A stretch of DNA of 64,000 nt from the human T2T-CHM13v2.0 reference genome, Homo sapiens. Within the stretch, counting starts at the first letter, position 1, and each line of letters starts with the position of its first letter. Below, piece by piece: positions 11,081-25,286 of the stretch. The stretch lies in NCBI RefSeq assembly GCF_009914755.1, contig NC_060928.1; one strand, 5' to 3'. The notes below the pieces were generated by a model. The model ran no database searches. It saw nothing but the letters and a program-made list of their open reading frames with translations, and was not told the origin of the DNA. Made by a program: the position numbers and the translations under genes.

Positions 11081-14000
11081 TTGGTGAAAACATCAATGTG
11101 ATTAGTACATGAATCCAAATAAATCATTGGTGGTATTAACTACATGAAATTTCAGTTTTCTGAATTTATTCTCTAAATTTGTTGTAATTTATAAATAAAG
11201 CATAGTGAAACAATAGGGAAAATAATATATTATTCTAAATAAGAAATAACTGAATGAAATTTAGCAAATACTATCTAGAAAGTATCATAAGATAGCAAGA
11301 GAAAAGTACTAAAAAGACAGTACTTTTCAAACCATCTAAATCAACTATATAAGGAGTAGACAGAATTATAGCATTAAAAAATGCCAATAAAAGGATCTTA
11401 TCCAATTGAAAATTATAGCATGTCCTCTGTAAGAATACCTTTTTCTGTAAATATTTTGTGGCTGCCTCTTCTTTCCTAAAATAAACTCTTAGAAATTTTC
11501 AGAAGGAACATCTTTGTGGAAGTAGAAAAGTTAAGCTTTAACATCAAGAGCAGAAGGCTAAAGAACTGGATGACATTTATGCCCTAAACTATATGGTGAA
11601 CACATTTAATGCCACAAGTCATCTTTGTTCCTAAAATGAAATAAACATATCATTGACCAGCAGGATAGAGTCAAGAATTTGAAGGTCTAATACAAACTGG
11701 GTTGAATCCTTGTATCTCTATCACCTGCAGGTCAGAACCTAAGAAAATTATTTAAACCTGAGAGGACTCCCAGAATGAAAGGTGGTAGCCTGAGTGATCA
11801 AAAGATTCATAGAGATACTCAGCAACCAAAATGGTTTCTGGACAGTGGACTGGCAATGGCTAAATCAGATGCAGTGTAGTCCGTGAGAGACATCAGAGGG
11901 GGACTGGTGGATGAGTAGAAGCTGGTAGTGAATGAAGAAGGCATCTCTGGATTTGGGAAGAATGCCACTGAAAGCATGGATACTGATGGCCAGCCATCAT
12001 GGAGTGCATGCTACAAACACTTTAGAAGAGTATGAGGCAAGGAGAAAAGCTCATACTGGAACGTGAGGCAGCACCAATCATTTCAGCAGAGCCCAGAGAA
12101 AAGCAGAGTGGGAGCCTTACCTCATGTTCTTTCTCTGAACCAAGAAAAAAAATAAAATGCCCTAGAATTTATCTTACTCCTGAGAATGAGGAAAAGGGGA
12201 ACGGGTGGGGTGGCAATCCAGAATATAACTGAACATTTAACCAAAAGAAACTATTGTGTACTGGAGGTAATTAAAGAAACATGACAAGGGGAAAGAGAAA
12301 AAGAAGATATTAACTAAGTGTGGCCCAGTTAACAAGAAATAAGGAAAGTTTCAATTTAGTATACCAGAGACTTATGACTGTTTACATATTAAATCTGCTA
12401 TACCCATCTGGGAACCACTCCTTTAGATGACGCCAAGTGACTCTATTAATTTGGAAAAATAACACCCTAGAATTTAGTGTCTGCTGGGGTTAGAGAAGTG
12501 GGATGATTTGCTCAAAGAAACATAAGATTATTTAGAGAAAAGTCCCTAGCTTCCAGATCCAATACCCTTTCCCAATTGTAACATAATGACCTGTTGATGA
12601 TTATGATTAGTTCTTATTGAACATTTATAATAATATAAGAATAGAAAAGGATCTCAAACTTTAGGCTGTATATTCAAATCCTAAATCTTTTGTGAATTGT
12701 TAAAGTAACTATTAAAAACAATCATTAAAGACAAAGATGTTTGTTGCCCCAGTGAGAAAGACTTTCAGAAATAAGTCAAACAACTTGTAGCTCTGCATGT
12801 GTACTTTTTTTTTTGAGGTTGATTTTATAATATGAATAATGGATAAGGCCTTAGTGATTGACCCCCAAATATCTTCATTTATTAAAACATGAAACAAAAG
12901 GAAAGCTTAGTGGACAACCACATTGTTGTAATTATTTTAGAAACATGGCCTTTGAACAATCAGAGTATGACATGAGTATTGATTAAATTGGAATTTAAGA
13001 TGTTGTCTTAAAGTAGTGCTGATTTGAAGTGCTTTTACTTTCAGAAAAATTTCAATAAATTACTTTGTATAGCTTGCACCAGCCACACTTTAAGACGTTG
13101 GTAATGAACAGTTAAAATTTGTCCATCTGTCAAACTGTGTTTGATGACAGTATATGTTGTAAGAGTTGTGTAATGTATCAGCATTTGAACAAGAATAATG
13201 AACAAAAAAAGGTAGTTTTCTTTGAATCATTACTTAAATATCTATCTTGCCTACAGCTCAGAAACTTGACAGAAATATGTCTTTTTTCATGAAACTTAAA
13301 ATCACCTTTCCTGTCTTTAATATCTAATCAATCTGTACTTTGAGGCATTAGGTAGTTACTTCTTTATTTTAAAAAGAAGCATTAGCCTTTCAGAATTGCT
13401 GTTTCTTGCAGAATTACAGTCTATTATGATAAAATTGTTCATATAATGAAGAATGGCCAGGATGTAGCCACTTTCCCTGGTTCTGCTAATATAAGAAATA
13501 GGAGAGATGGCTCAAAGCCTTCTACAGACTTTGATTTAGGACTAATCCCTTAAAAATCATTATGGCCTCATGCCTCTCACATTACAACAAAGTCGGCTAC
13601 TTCTCTTCCTATTACCTCTTGTTTGTAAATATGATTAAATGAGCATATTCAAAATAGCTATTAAAATCATAATTATTCAAAATGATTTTTTTCGTATTAA
13701 ATGTTCATAGGGACTTTTTCTTTTTTCCACTGTGAATTAGATATATTATTAATTCCAAACTAAGCTCACTGCATTTTAGTCAGATAGCAAAAATCTGTAT
13801 CAATATACAGGAGGGTTTATCAATTAAAATTAATTTGACACCCTAATGGTACATGGTACTATAAGACATTCTTTTTAAAGTAGTCTTACAAATCATGAGA
13901 AGATGGCCTCAATGATATTCAAAAAGGCGGTACCTTCTGCTGCCAACATAAGATAAATTCATGCAGTCATACAGTGTCTATGTGTTAAGAGCAGCCTGGT

Positions 14001-14369
14001 CTGAGAATAAAATATTTCCATGCCACAAATCTCTTTCACCACCACTTTCCCATCCTTCAGCGTCCACTCCCCACTCACCACCATAGTTAGAAGCATCACT
14101 GTTACAACTCTGCAGATCCTGAATACGCCTAGGTTAGCATACTGCAGCTCTATCATGTTCATCTCACTCTTATTCTAGGACTGAGTAACATTTTAAAACT
14201 ATTTTTAAAAAAAGTTGCACTTGGAGTCTGAAATCAAAATCTATGCTCCTTAAATGCACACGGGGACTAGATTTATAGCATCCACCACGTGAACTAACCA
14301 AATGTAAAATTGTATGACTATTGTACTTTTTCTGTGCAGGTATTTCTTTGACTATAGTCATGTAATAGA

Positions 14370-14585
14370 CAAAAGCACAAATGTGGTGTCTACTTCTACC
14401 ACTATTAACTGTAACACCTTGAACAAGTTACTTAACCTCATGTGCCTCAATTTTCTTATTTCTAAAATAAGGGTAATAATGATACCTGAAATCAAGGAAT
14501 GCTGTGAAGAATACATAAACTAATATGCACGAAGTATTTAGAGTAATTAAAACAATAAGTACCATGGAAATACTAGCTCTCATTA
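14370..14585 (+). mobile_element. MIR
   Basis: MIR core ccttgaacaagttacttaacctc..tgcctcaattttc..taaaataaggg. Confidence 0.8.
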
Positions 14586-14769
14586 AGAATTCATGATTCT
14601 AGAATGAAATTTTAAAATAAGTTATAGAATTTGAAGAACAAAGTTTTAAATTCCAATTTGCTTTGTTAAAATTGCACATAACTCTATATATCCTAGGTAG
14701 ACATGATTGACAGTAGCCAAGAGTGAACCACAACTATTACCACCGTTTATTAAGAATAAGGAGTTAGGG

Positions 14770-15053
14770 GGCTGGGCGCGGTGGTTCATGTCTGTAATCC
14801 CAGCATTTTAGGAGGCCGAGAGGGGTGGATCACTTGAGGCTGGGAGTTCGAGACAACTCTGGGCAACATGGCGAAACCCCGTCTCTACCAAAAATATGAA
14901 AATTAGCCCAGTGTGTTGGCACATGCCTGTAATCCTAGCTACTTGGGAGGCTGAGACACAAGAATCACTTGAACTGGGAGGTGGAGGGAGGTTGCAGTGA
15001 GCTGAGATTGCGCCACTATACTCCAGCCTTGGTGACAGAGCAACACTGTCTCA
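14770..15053 (+). mobile_element. AluS without a polyA tail
   Basis: Full dimer; TSD gaataaggagttag at 14754-14767 and 15062-15075. Confidence 0.95.
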
Positions 15054-16089
15054 GAATAAGGGAATAAGGAGTTAGAAGTCTAAGTAAGTTGGATAAATTG
15101 GAGAGTCTAACATCCTTATTATTTCAGTTTTCACAAAGGGGCTATGGAGAATAGTTGCACATAATTCTAAATTTACAATGGAACAAGTTGGATTAAACTG
15201 TAAATATTAACTACTATATCTAGGTATCTACTTGAAGTCTCATTCAGTTAAAAGCAGAACATCTGATAATTTTTACCTTACTGAAAACTCTGCTTTTCAG
15301 AAAGTTGAGTAAGGGCTTCATTTTAGATCTTATTTTGTCAAGGAAGCGTCAGTTTGTAAAATGGAAGTGACAGGAATCTTGGGAGATGTTCGTATCGTCT
15401 AAGGTGCCATAAAGCCAAGGAAATAAATGCTTTGTAGAGTCTAATATATTCCCTAGATTTTAAGAAAATCTTCTGAACAAAGTGAGTTCATGACAAAGAT
15501 AGCTGTGCTCAAATGCTGAAAGCTTTAAAAAATGAAAGTTTTATTATAGCCTCACAGATTTCCTAATGAGAAAGCAAACATACATCTAATAAATTAATGC
15601 AGTTATATAGAGATAAAGCTTTCTGTTGGGCTTAGCTTTTATAGCAGAACATATAAAAAGCGGAAGTAAGCACAAAATGAAGAATAAATTGTAAGAAAAC
15701 TGAGAGAAACTCTAAAACATGGAAAAAGGCATAGGTGAAAATATTGAGTACAACATAAATTGTGCTTTATATTATGCATGTTCTAGAAAAACAAGGCAAA
15801 GTTAAGTTTATTGCTTGAATCATAGATGAGAGAGAAAAGAGATCTACTCATCTTGTATTTTACTTCCATTTTGCCTGTTTACCAGGAACTAAGAAATGGA
15901 ATAAATATGGATAAGAGTTGAAATTAAAATTTAAGATAGGAGAGGGACAAATGGGATTTAAATTAAACAACCTTTAGTTTCTTCTCTCAAATATATTCTC
16001 TTCTACAGATTATAAAATCCTATGTGCAGGCATTAAGTTTATTACACCAGCCTTACCACAAACACATAAGTAATGCATTGTACTGTAGT

Positions 16090-16213
16090 GTTGCCGCAGC
16101 TGCAACGTCACTCAGACTATAGGAATTTTTCAGCTTCATTATAATCTTTTGGGACTTCTGTCATATATATAGTCTTTTGTTAACTGAAACTTTGTTATGT
16201 GGTGCACCACTAT
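16090..16213. mobile_element. Tigger3-like DNA transposon terminal fragment
   Basis: ataggaatttttcagcttcattataatctt..gggac...tgaaac...gttatgtggtgca matches the Tigger3 end. Confidence 0.7.
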
Positions 16214-17984
16214 ACATGAAAGTAGCTGCTTTTTTAATTGGTATAAAAGAAATGCAACCTTAAAAATTCTTTTGTTATGCATTGTAATATACAGAAAGTA
16301 GTGATGAAATATTTGAAAATTATCTTACCATAAAATATTTCTTATTTTGAAGCTGTAGTGAAAAAATATATATGCTGGTTTCAGTTAAACAAAATTAATT
16401 TTTATAATCACAAAGCAGTTTGTGAAAACAAGCAGATTGAGTCAGATAGCCCATCTTTTGATAAAGTTACTAAAGCAGTTAATCCATATCGATTAAGCTG
16501 AAAGGACTCAGGTTAAAAATCAATTCTATGTACCAGAACATTGGTTCGGCTCCAGCGAAATAATTTGGTGCTCCTGTCTAGAATCACTGAGTATTGATTC
16601 TTCAGAATCAGACTATGAAGTTGCAACTTTGATTCCCCAGAGATTTTACAGGAAAAAAAATGGTCATCATAAATTAGACTTGAGAGTTGTTCTGATGCAT
16701 TGAGGGAAAAAATGAAAGAAATTAGCATCACCTTTGGTAACTAAGGGTTTCTTTCCTTTCTGTAGGAAAACATAGGCTTCAAATCTCAAATAACATTCTC
16801 AGTTATCTAGTTATCTAATAACATATCTTAGTTATCAAATATTTATCTGAATTTCTCTCCAATTAAAGCTTATTCCCTATGTATTTGTATATACAGACAT
16901 TCAGTCAACTAATGTTTATCATGTACTTACTAAATGTGAAGTCATAGCCCTTTTAAACAAAAGTAAAAAAAGTTCGTATACAATAAAAAGACTTAATTTA
17001 CAAAATGGTGTTTTAAAGTGTTTCTGGGTTTCTTTGCTAACAGAATAAATCTCAATATAAATTTATAAATTTATGCAAAAACATTTTCTGTTAAGAAAAC
17101 AAATCAAACCAAAAGAATTCTCTAGGAATAGAAAGGCTACTACTTTATGCAAGTTGTAACACTCACTTCAAGTCAACCAAATTTTGACCCTCAAATCATA
17201 AGTATATTACTATTTTGGTTAAGGGCCTGCCAGGATTTTCTTCATCCCAGTTTGCTGATATCCTTTGGGTTGGTTATCCTCTAGTAAGTATGTGTTATAT
17301 ACTTATATGCACATCAATAATGTATATACCATATATTTGTGTTGTATATGTTACAGTAGTGACACATTAATGATATTGTGATGTGTGTACTTGGCAATTA
17401 TAACAATTTATACAAATTGCTATGTGAACATAGATGAAAACACAATATAGATTACAACTTGGACTGGAGCAGGTAATTGATGGAGGAGAGAAGAGAAGCT
17501 ATCATTTATAAAATGCACCAAGCACAGTTCTTTGCATTCATTCTCCTGTTGATTTGACAAAGCAATTTATGATTACTAGTATCTCCATTTTATGGATGAA
17601 AAAAACTGATACTCACTGATCCATATGAACCCAGAGCTATATGGTTCTAAGTCCCCTTCCAATATACGGCTTTGCAAATTTGGGGTTTAGCGTTTAAATT
17701 TAATTAAGCTTATGAGCAAAGCATGCAGAAGTAGGGAAATTTAGAACATGTTCAAGAAATAGAATTTTCTTGGTTTAATTTGTGATTAAGAGACAGGGGA
17801 GGGAATGGAGTGGTGAGACCAGGAAGACAAGTTGGAACAGATCATGTAAATCCTTAGATGGAAAACTGAGAAAGGAATGTATTTTACTGGTAGTGAGAGT
17901 CATTGAATATTTTGCTTGAGGGTATAATGTGATTGAACCTCTTATAATTTTCTACTTCCCTACATAACTCATTTCCTTCTCTTT

Positions 17985-18465
17985 TACTCTTCTGTTGCTA
18001 GTAACAAATTACCCCAAATGTTACAGCTGAAAACAACAAATATTTATTATATCACAATTGCTGTGGGTCAGAAACCCAGAAACAACTTATCTGGGTAAGT
18101 CTGATTCAAAGTCTTTTAAGAAGGTGCAGTCAAGTGGTTTCATCTGAAGGTTTCACAGGGCATGTGGGAAATTGGAGATCTACTTGTAAGCTCGCTCAAG
18201 TGATTGTTGACAATCCTCAGTCCTTCACCACGTGGGTCTTCCATGGGGCTGTCTCAGACCCAGGTAGCTGACTTAGTATAAGGAATATAAAAGAGAATGA
18301 GACCAAGTCAAAGAGCACATGAAGACAAAATCCACAGTCTTTCAGTAAACTACTCTTGGAAGTAACACTCCATCTCTTTGCTGTATTCTGTTTGTAAGAA
18401 GTGAATCAATAAGTCCAGCCCAAACTCAAGTGGAAGGCACTGCACAGACTTGTGAACACCCATAG
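17985..18465 (-). mobile_element. MaLR solo LTR (MLT1F-like)
   Basis: tgttgct.gtaacaaattacccca...atttattat.tcaca...tgtgggtcag...aagtccagccca.actcaag. Confidence 0.8.
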
Positions 18466-18482
18466 CTGTATGATTCCAAGTC

Positions 18483-18782
18483 CAAGAAAACAAAGCAAGC
18501 AGAGAAATAGCCTCTTACTCTTTGGAGCTTATCATAATGTTGAAACAGAAATATGAGGAATGATAATATGGGTTATCATTTATGCCACGTGAAGATGAGC
18601 ATACAAAGATATTTGTTAGCTCTACTGTTAGTTGCTAAACTCACCTTAAGTCCTTTGAGACAAAAAAGAATTACATAGAACTCTAGTTTATATTTCCTAT
18701 TAAAGGTTTTTATTTTTATTTTTGTTTTTATTCCATAGTGCTTAGGATAATATACACCTCAACTAGGTATTCATTCTATAAT
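18483..18782 (+). repeat. Copy A of a ~300-bp local direct duplication
   Basis: Colinear with 19666-19974, about 80% identity by eye. Confidence 0.9.
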
Positions 18783-19665
18783 GCAACAGGCAGTGATTGT
18801 TGGGGGGTTTTCTTAGGGGCTGCCTACCATGCTACCTCTGGCCTTGCTTATATTATTCACCTAGAGTTATTCAAATTCAGTAAAAATATTTCAGTGACTA
18901 CCTTTCTCAATGATCTATCTCTGACATGTTAAACTATATTTTTTTGACCTCCAGAAATAAAAGCAAAAAGAAAAACAATAAACCATTGGCTTCACCATGC
19001 ACTTGGACACATCATTTTGTTTCTTTGGTAAGATCTAGGACATCTACTCCACTTGTGTCCTCAGAACACTGAGCAAAGTGCTAAATATAATATATACCCA
19101 ATATAACTATATTGGCAATAGAAAATTAATTGAAATCATTTTTGGAGTATTACCTGTGTATGTTCACCACCCTTACTTTTAGTTTTTATTTTTGATTTTG
19201 ATTGATAATTTTTTGAATACTGCTTGAGTGGCTCAAATAACATTTCAAAGTCACTTCTATGGGATAAGAAGCATGTTTTGCTTTGTTTTGGCATTTCCTG
19301 AAGCATTTCTTGTACTGTTTAATGCGCTAAAGCGTAAGGATTTTAGAAGTTCAGAATTTTCAGAAATTCTATGCAATTTTTTGCATTTTTAAAACTCATT
19401 TGACCAGCAGACCCTTTGGGAAAATGTTAGCTGACTTCATACATCATGGGGAAAAAATGTAAGCTAGTTTACCTGCTAATCAGTATGAGACCAAAACAGT
19501 GATTCACCTTCAAATGTGATCTGAGTTTTTTGTAGCCAGAGAGTCCTTGAAGTATTGCAAAAATTTAACAAAACAGTAAAAAAAAAATCCTCTTTATAGT
19601 AGAATTTCATGCCATTGTTTTGGGTTTCCCATGTACTAAAACCTCAAAATTGGTAACAACAACAA

Positions 19666-19974
19666 CAAGAAAACAAAGCAAGCAAAGAGAAAGCCTCTTA
19701 CTCTTAAGAGCTTATATTGCTGAAATGTAGAAATATAATGAGGAATTATAATATGTGTTATCATTTATGCCACATGAAGATGAACATAAAAAGATATTTC
19801 TTAGCTCTTGTATTAGTTGCTAAACTCTCTTTGAGTCCTTTAAGACAAAATAATTATATCACATAGAACTCCAGTTTATATTTCTTATTAAAGATTTTTC
19901 TTTTTATTTATTTTTCCTTTCTTTCCATAGCACTTGGGATAATATACTCCTCAACAATGTTTGCATTCTATAAT
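19666..19974 (+). repeat. Copy B of a ~300-bp local direct duplication
   Basis: Shared blocks caagaaaacaaagcaagca, gcctcttactct, gttatcatttatgccac, ttagttgctaaactc, acatagaactc, ttccatag, cattctataat. Confidence 0.9.
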
Positions 19975-21054
19975 ACCCCATATTGTCTATTGATTATAAG
20001 CATAAACCACTACATAGAAAAGGTAGAAAGCAAAACTGTCACAGCAATGGTGATCTCAGCTATTTTTAAAGGAAGCTTCGTTTTTTTCTCTCCACAGGAA
20101 AAGTTGTTTTGACACCCACCCACTGAACAGTAAAATAAAGCTGCATTGATTTTGTTTTCCCCACCAGGAATGGCATGTTACTGGATTCATCTTCCACTTA
20201 GATTAGGCACACAAAAATTAATGAATTTTAACAGAGCTAAATTCAGCTTCATTTTGTAGCCATTTTCTTTATGTATTTACAATATGATCTCAAACTTGTA
20301 TAAATCATTTGCTTTGAAATATATTTAAAGCCATTTTTACTCAGTCCATGCTAAGTGAGTAAAGGTTTGCATCTAGAAGAGATGTCAGGATATTTTAGTG
20401 ATTAGACTAAAACAAGCCCAAAGTAATAATAACATGGCATCTTTCACCAGAACAGAAGAAAATGTTCTCCGATTCTTTATTGATGTTTGTATAATACTGA
20501 GGTGCCAATAGAGATAAGCCTTGGTTTTGGCTGGTGCAAGCGAATAAGCAATCAGTTAAATCAGAGCACAAAGCTGTTAATTCAAATCTTTGCAGAAGAT
20601 AGTAAATTATTCAGAAATCTAACTCATCTATCTATCAAAAATTGCACTGAGTAAAAAGGTGGGTTTGAATACTAATATATTATACAAAAATAGAATTACA
20701 GCATTTAAATCATTGAATGCAGTGAAAATTGGATGAGATGTGGCATGCAAGTAAATAAAATACTAATTTCCAACTTTAGGAATTATAATTTATGTGGTGG
20801 TTTAAGCTTTCAGGTGATGTGTAATTGGATGTCTTAGCTTTACTCTGAGAAAAAGTTCCAATTAAAAGGAAAACCATCTATTGTTTACATTTAATACAAC
20901 TTTGAGGGTTTAAAAGCTCTTCATCATTATAGAATTTAGAGACTAAATAATGTACTTAGACTCTAGCTAATTTTAGACAATAAGTGATTTTTTTTTTTTC
21001 TTTCTTTCTTTCTTTTCTTTTCAAAAGCAAGACCAGCAACTTTGGGAAAACCTA

Positions 21055-21161
21055 CTGTCGGGTAATTGCCATATGGCAAAAACCATGATTACTTTTGTAC
21101 CAAGGCAACCTAATACCAATACCTAATACCAATTACCAATTACTTTTGCAACAACCTAGTA
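21055..21161. mobile_element. Rearranged MADE1 (mariner-derived MITE)
   Basis: atggcaaaaacc...attacttttgtaccaa...cctaata, then a second terminus caattacttttgcaacaacctagta. Confidence 0.8.
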
Positions 21162-24052
21162 AAGTAGCAGGATTCTGACTACTCTGAACCTTGGCAATCT
21201 AAGAAAATTCTGAAATACAGTGTATTCAGAAGAAGCTTATAAATTTGATAAAAAAGATGAACAATACCTTTATTTTAAAGTATATTTCTACACAATGTAT
21301 ATTTGCACTTATCTTCAAACTGATTTTGTAATTTGTTATAGTATTGTTTGGTGTTAGCCTAAGTAGTAATCTATGATATTTTATCTATTAAATGTGAATA
21401 ATTAAAGAGGGTGAATTTGGGTAAACTGATTTACTAATATTTATTAATTAAATTGAGTAACTTTAGGAAAACTACATTTTCTTATCACATTTGTTCTCTT
21501 GTAAAAAGCATGTCAATACCTAGGAGACGATAGATGAGTGCTTTCATTCCCAATAAGGCAATCATTTTCAGAATGAGCTTTATAAAGAAACTAATAGTCA
21601 TATTTCAACTTGATTATTTGACCATCACAATTTTATAAATTGAAAGGAGTGTTTGAAATCATAGGGCATGGGTAGTAGTGGAATTGCATTTTTTAAATTA
21701 CCTATAATTTTTTTAAATGTCACTGCCTTAGAAATTCTTAGGGTATGTAGTCTTATCACTGTTAATAAGAAAAGAAAAATTATTTAAAAATGGGGAAGAT
21801 AAAAGAAGTTGAAATGCTTTTTTGGAAGGACCAACAGAATCCACTTTACAGTGACATACATGAAATGAGCAATGTTTAGTATATTGTAGTCAACACCCCA
21901 TCCCATTCATTTAAATTTTGCAAATAATTTCATCAGGAGTAAACGTGAAAATGGACCTAGAGAATTGTGAGTATAATTTTTTTAGTGTTCTGTCATTGTG
22001 TGTATGTTTGTATATATTTAATTTTAAAGAATAATTTTAATTGCATATATGAACAGACTTTAAATTGTATGGTTACTGATTCAGTATCATCTAAAATATA
22101 TGTATTCATTAATTTCTCTACAAATCTTTTACTGAGTGTATACTATATGTGAACATAGTATGTGCTAGAGTTAAAATGATAATATATGACAAGCACCTGC
22201 ATTCAAAGAACTCCCAGGTAAATCAGCACTTGTCATGAAAACAAAGTTTCATTACAGAGTGATAAATGTTAATAGAGTAGGGCTCTATTGTCTTAGCTTG
22301 GACATGATTAGACTCCACTTATTGTGGTAAGTGACTCTAGTTCCCTTGTTTATTCCAGCCATTATTACAGAGTTACATATGACTGCTCAGTCTGCAGCCT
22401 TTTAACCAAGATTTCAAATGGTTGTTATCATTCCTTCTTAGAATTAACATAGACATAGTGATACTCCTTTCATCTATCTGTCTATCTTTCTATCTATCTA
22501 CCTATCTAACAGAAACAGGAGAACATACAGCTTTTTCATATATGTATGCTTGTCTTTCCCAAAATTATAAGTTTATAGATTAAGCCTTTATTTTGGAGTT
22601 GACGTTGTTTTGTGTGCTTTTGCATTTGTCGTTGTACATTTTTCTCCCAATTTTGTGGCTGTAAGGCCTAGTACAGTGACTGACATATATCAAGAGCTAA
22701 TTTTTAATGTGAAACACTAAGAAACTTTATGATTAATTATATGTATGAGATTGGTTTTAAAACAGAAACAGATACCCACAAAGAGACTTGAAAGATTTGC
22801 TTTTAAATCAGGAAACCCACACTCTGCTCCCTCTTCATGTCTTCCTCTCTCTCTCTCTCTCCAGTGTGTTTATTTTAGTAAGATAAGTAAGATTCCTGAT
22901 AGGTGTAAAGAGACAAGAGAAAACATTGCTACTGTATCACAGCACATTCATTTTAAATTCAATTAAGTTTTCTGATTTCTATCCAAATGGAAAACCCTGC
23001 AAACCTTCCCATTCTGCTAATCTTTGGGCCATACTAACTTTCTGATTCTAACCTGTAACTGATTAACTGGACCTTTAAAGCTTTTTCTGTTACCTTTATA
23101 CTTGGCCTTGGTCTAGAAGAGTCTCACAGACTCTGTCTCTGCCCAAGCTAATTCCAGGAAATGCTGTCTATTCTATTCAGTGACCTCTCCCGAGGAGTCA
23201 GAGCTAGTTGGTGTTGATGACAGGGTTGGGGAGGTAGTCAGGGGACAGGACTGAAAAGAAGTGTGGAGTTAAATAAGTAGATAGCCATTTTAGGAAGCCT
23301 CTGTTTTCCTCTGGTTTGCATGGGGATTCATGCAAATTAGTGTAAACTAGACATCTCACTGGCAAGGCTGCAGGGACTCAGCTAGAATCTGTTTGGCATC
23401 TGTTCCTCTTGCTCAACAATTTCTAAGAGACCAAGAACAATTCCATAGCACTTATCAATCAAGGGGTTGAAAATGACATTGCTATCACTGAGTTAAATCA
23501 AGTGTAAGATCCTGGGGGCTGTGATCCTGGCTCTGTCCCTTTAAAACTGGTGTGATTACTGGTGTAGCTACCACCAAGCCTGAGAATGCCAAATCTGAAC
23601 GTTGATGGAGGAACAGCAAGGATCCTCCAGGCAAACAGATTGTTCTACTCCCTCAAAAATTCTTCAGAGGAGCAGGGAGCCCAGAGGGGGATCAAAATTT
23701 CTCCAACTCTTCCTCACTTCCAATTATGTGTGAAAGGGAAGATCTATCCACCACATCCAAGGAGAAGCTCCATCCTAAACTTGCAGCTCTTATTTCTGAG
23801 CCAGTCTTGTTGCAGTGTTGTTTTGATTTTTTTCAAAGGAACATGAAATAAACAGTTGCTTTGTAATTTATTTTTACATGTTTCTATCAGCCCTTAGAAG
23901 TTCAAAGTATTCAAAATTTTAAATTATGTTAATTTTACACTTAAAAATAAATGAACTGAATTTAAATTACTTAACTTTCTTAAGATAATATTTATAAATT
24001 TAAATGTGCATCACTCTATTTTTTTCTTTTTATTTTCTTTGCTTTACTTTAC

Positions 24053-24380
<328 letters not shown>

Positions 24381-24518
24381 TGACATTCATGAATACTGGA
24401 ATTAAGAATATGAGTAATATATGTGTGATTAAATTTAGAACATTTTTTCTCTTCATCTTCATCTTTTACAATATATGTATTTTAACTATGAATTATTGTA
24501 CATTGATGGTTATATTTC

Positions 24519-24835
24519 TTTTTTTTAGTTTTTTTTTTCTTTTTTTTTTTTCTGGAGACATGTCTTGTTCTGTCACTCAGCCTGGAGTGCTGTGATGCAA
24601 TCATGGCTCAGTGCAGCCTTGTCCTCCCAAGGGTCATGTGACCCTCTCAACTCAGCCTCCAAGTAGCTGGGAGTACAGGCATGTACGATCACATCCAATT
24701 AATTTTTGTATTTTTTGTAGAAAAGGAGTTTTGCCGTGTTGCCCAGGCTGGTCTTGGACTCTTGGGCTCAAGCAATCCACCTTCCTTGGCCTCCCAAAAT
24801 GCTGGGATTACAGGCATGACTCATTGCACCTAACC
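24519..24835 (-). mobile_element. AluJ
   Basis: Dimer; TSD tgatggttatatttc at 24504-24518 and 24836-24850. Confidence 0.94.
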
Positions 24836-24957
24836 TGATGGTTATATTTCATTTACCTATTTAGAATGTTAGTATTGAACATTTTAACATATAATTATCC
24901 AATTTAATATTAATCCTTTTTGATATTAATCTCATATTAATGTTCCATGGAATAATA

Positions 24958-25286
24958 CAGTGGTCCTTTCCTTATATGCCAGAAATATGTTCTGAGACCT
25001 CTAGTGGATGCCTGAAGCTATGGATGCTACCGAATCCTACATACATTATATTTTTCTTATACATAGAAGCCTAAGATAAAGTTTAATTTATAAATTAAAC
25101 ACAGTAAAAGATAACCATACAACTAATAAGATACAACAATTATAACAATATACTGTAATAAAAGGTATGTGAATGTGGTTTCTCAAAGTATCTTATTGTC
25201 CTGTAACCATCTATTTTGGAACCATGGTTGACAGCAGGTGACTGAAACTGTGAAAAACAAAACTGCAGATGGGATGGGGACTACTG
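24958..25286. mobile_element. MER44A-like Tigger MITE
   Basis: ta|cagtggtcc start and ggggactactg end; internal gataaagtttaatttataaatta. Confidence 0.85.

Noticed and set aside
11750-12330. GC-richer purine-biased block, possibly an exon or promoter (similar block at 61.45-62.04 kb)
   Set aside because: No CpG island, splice pair or recognisable ORF. Probably ancient LTR relics, but I cannot name the family.
20076-20170. Two strong acceptors (ctccacAG, ccaccAG) with AATAAA between them
   Set aside because: No matching donor or open frame; isolated acceptors are common in introns.
21055-21161. miR-548 family gene
   Set aside because: The left arm of the MADE1 is mostly deleted, so the long hairpin cannot form.
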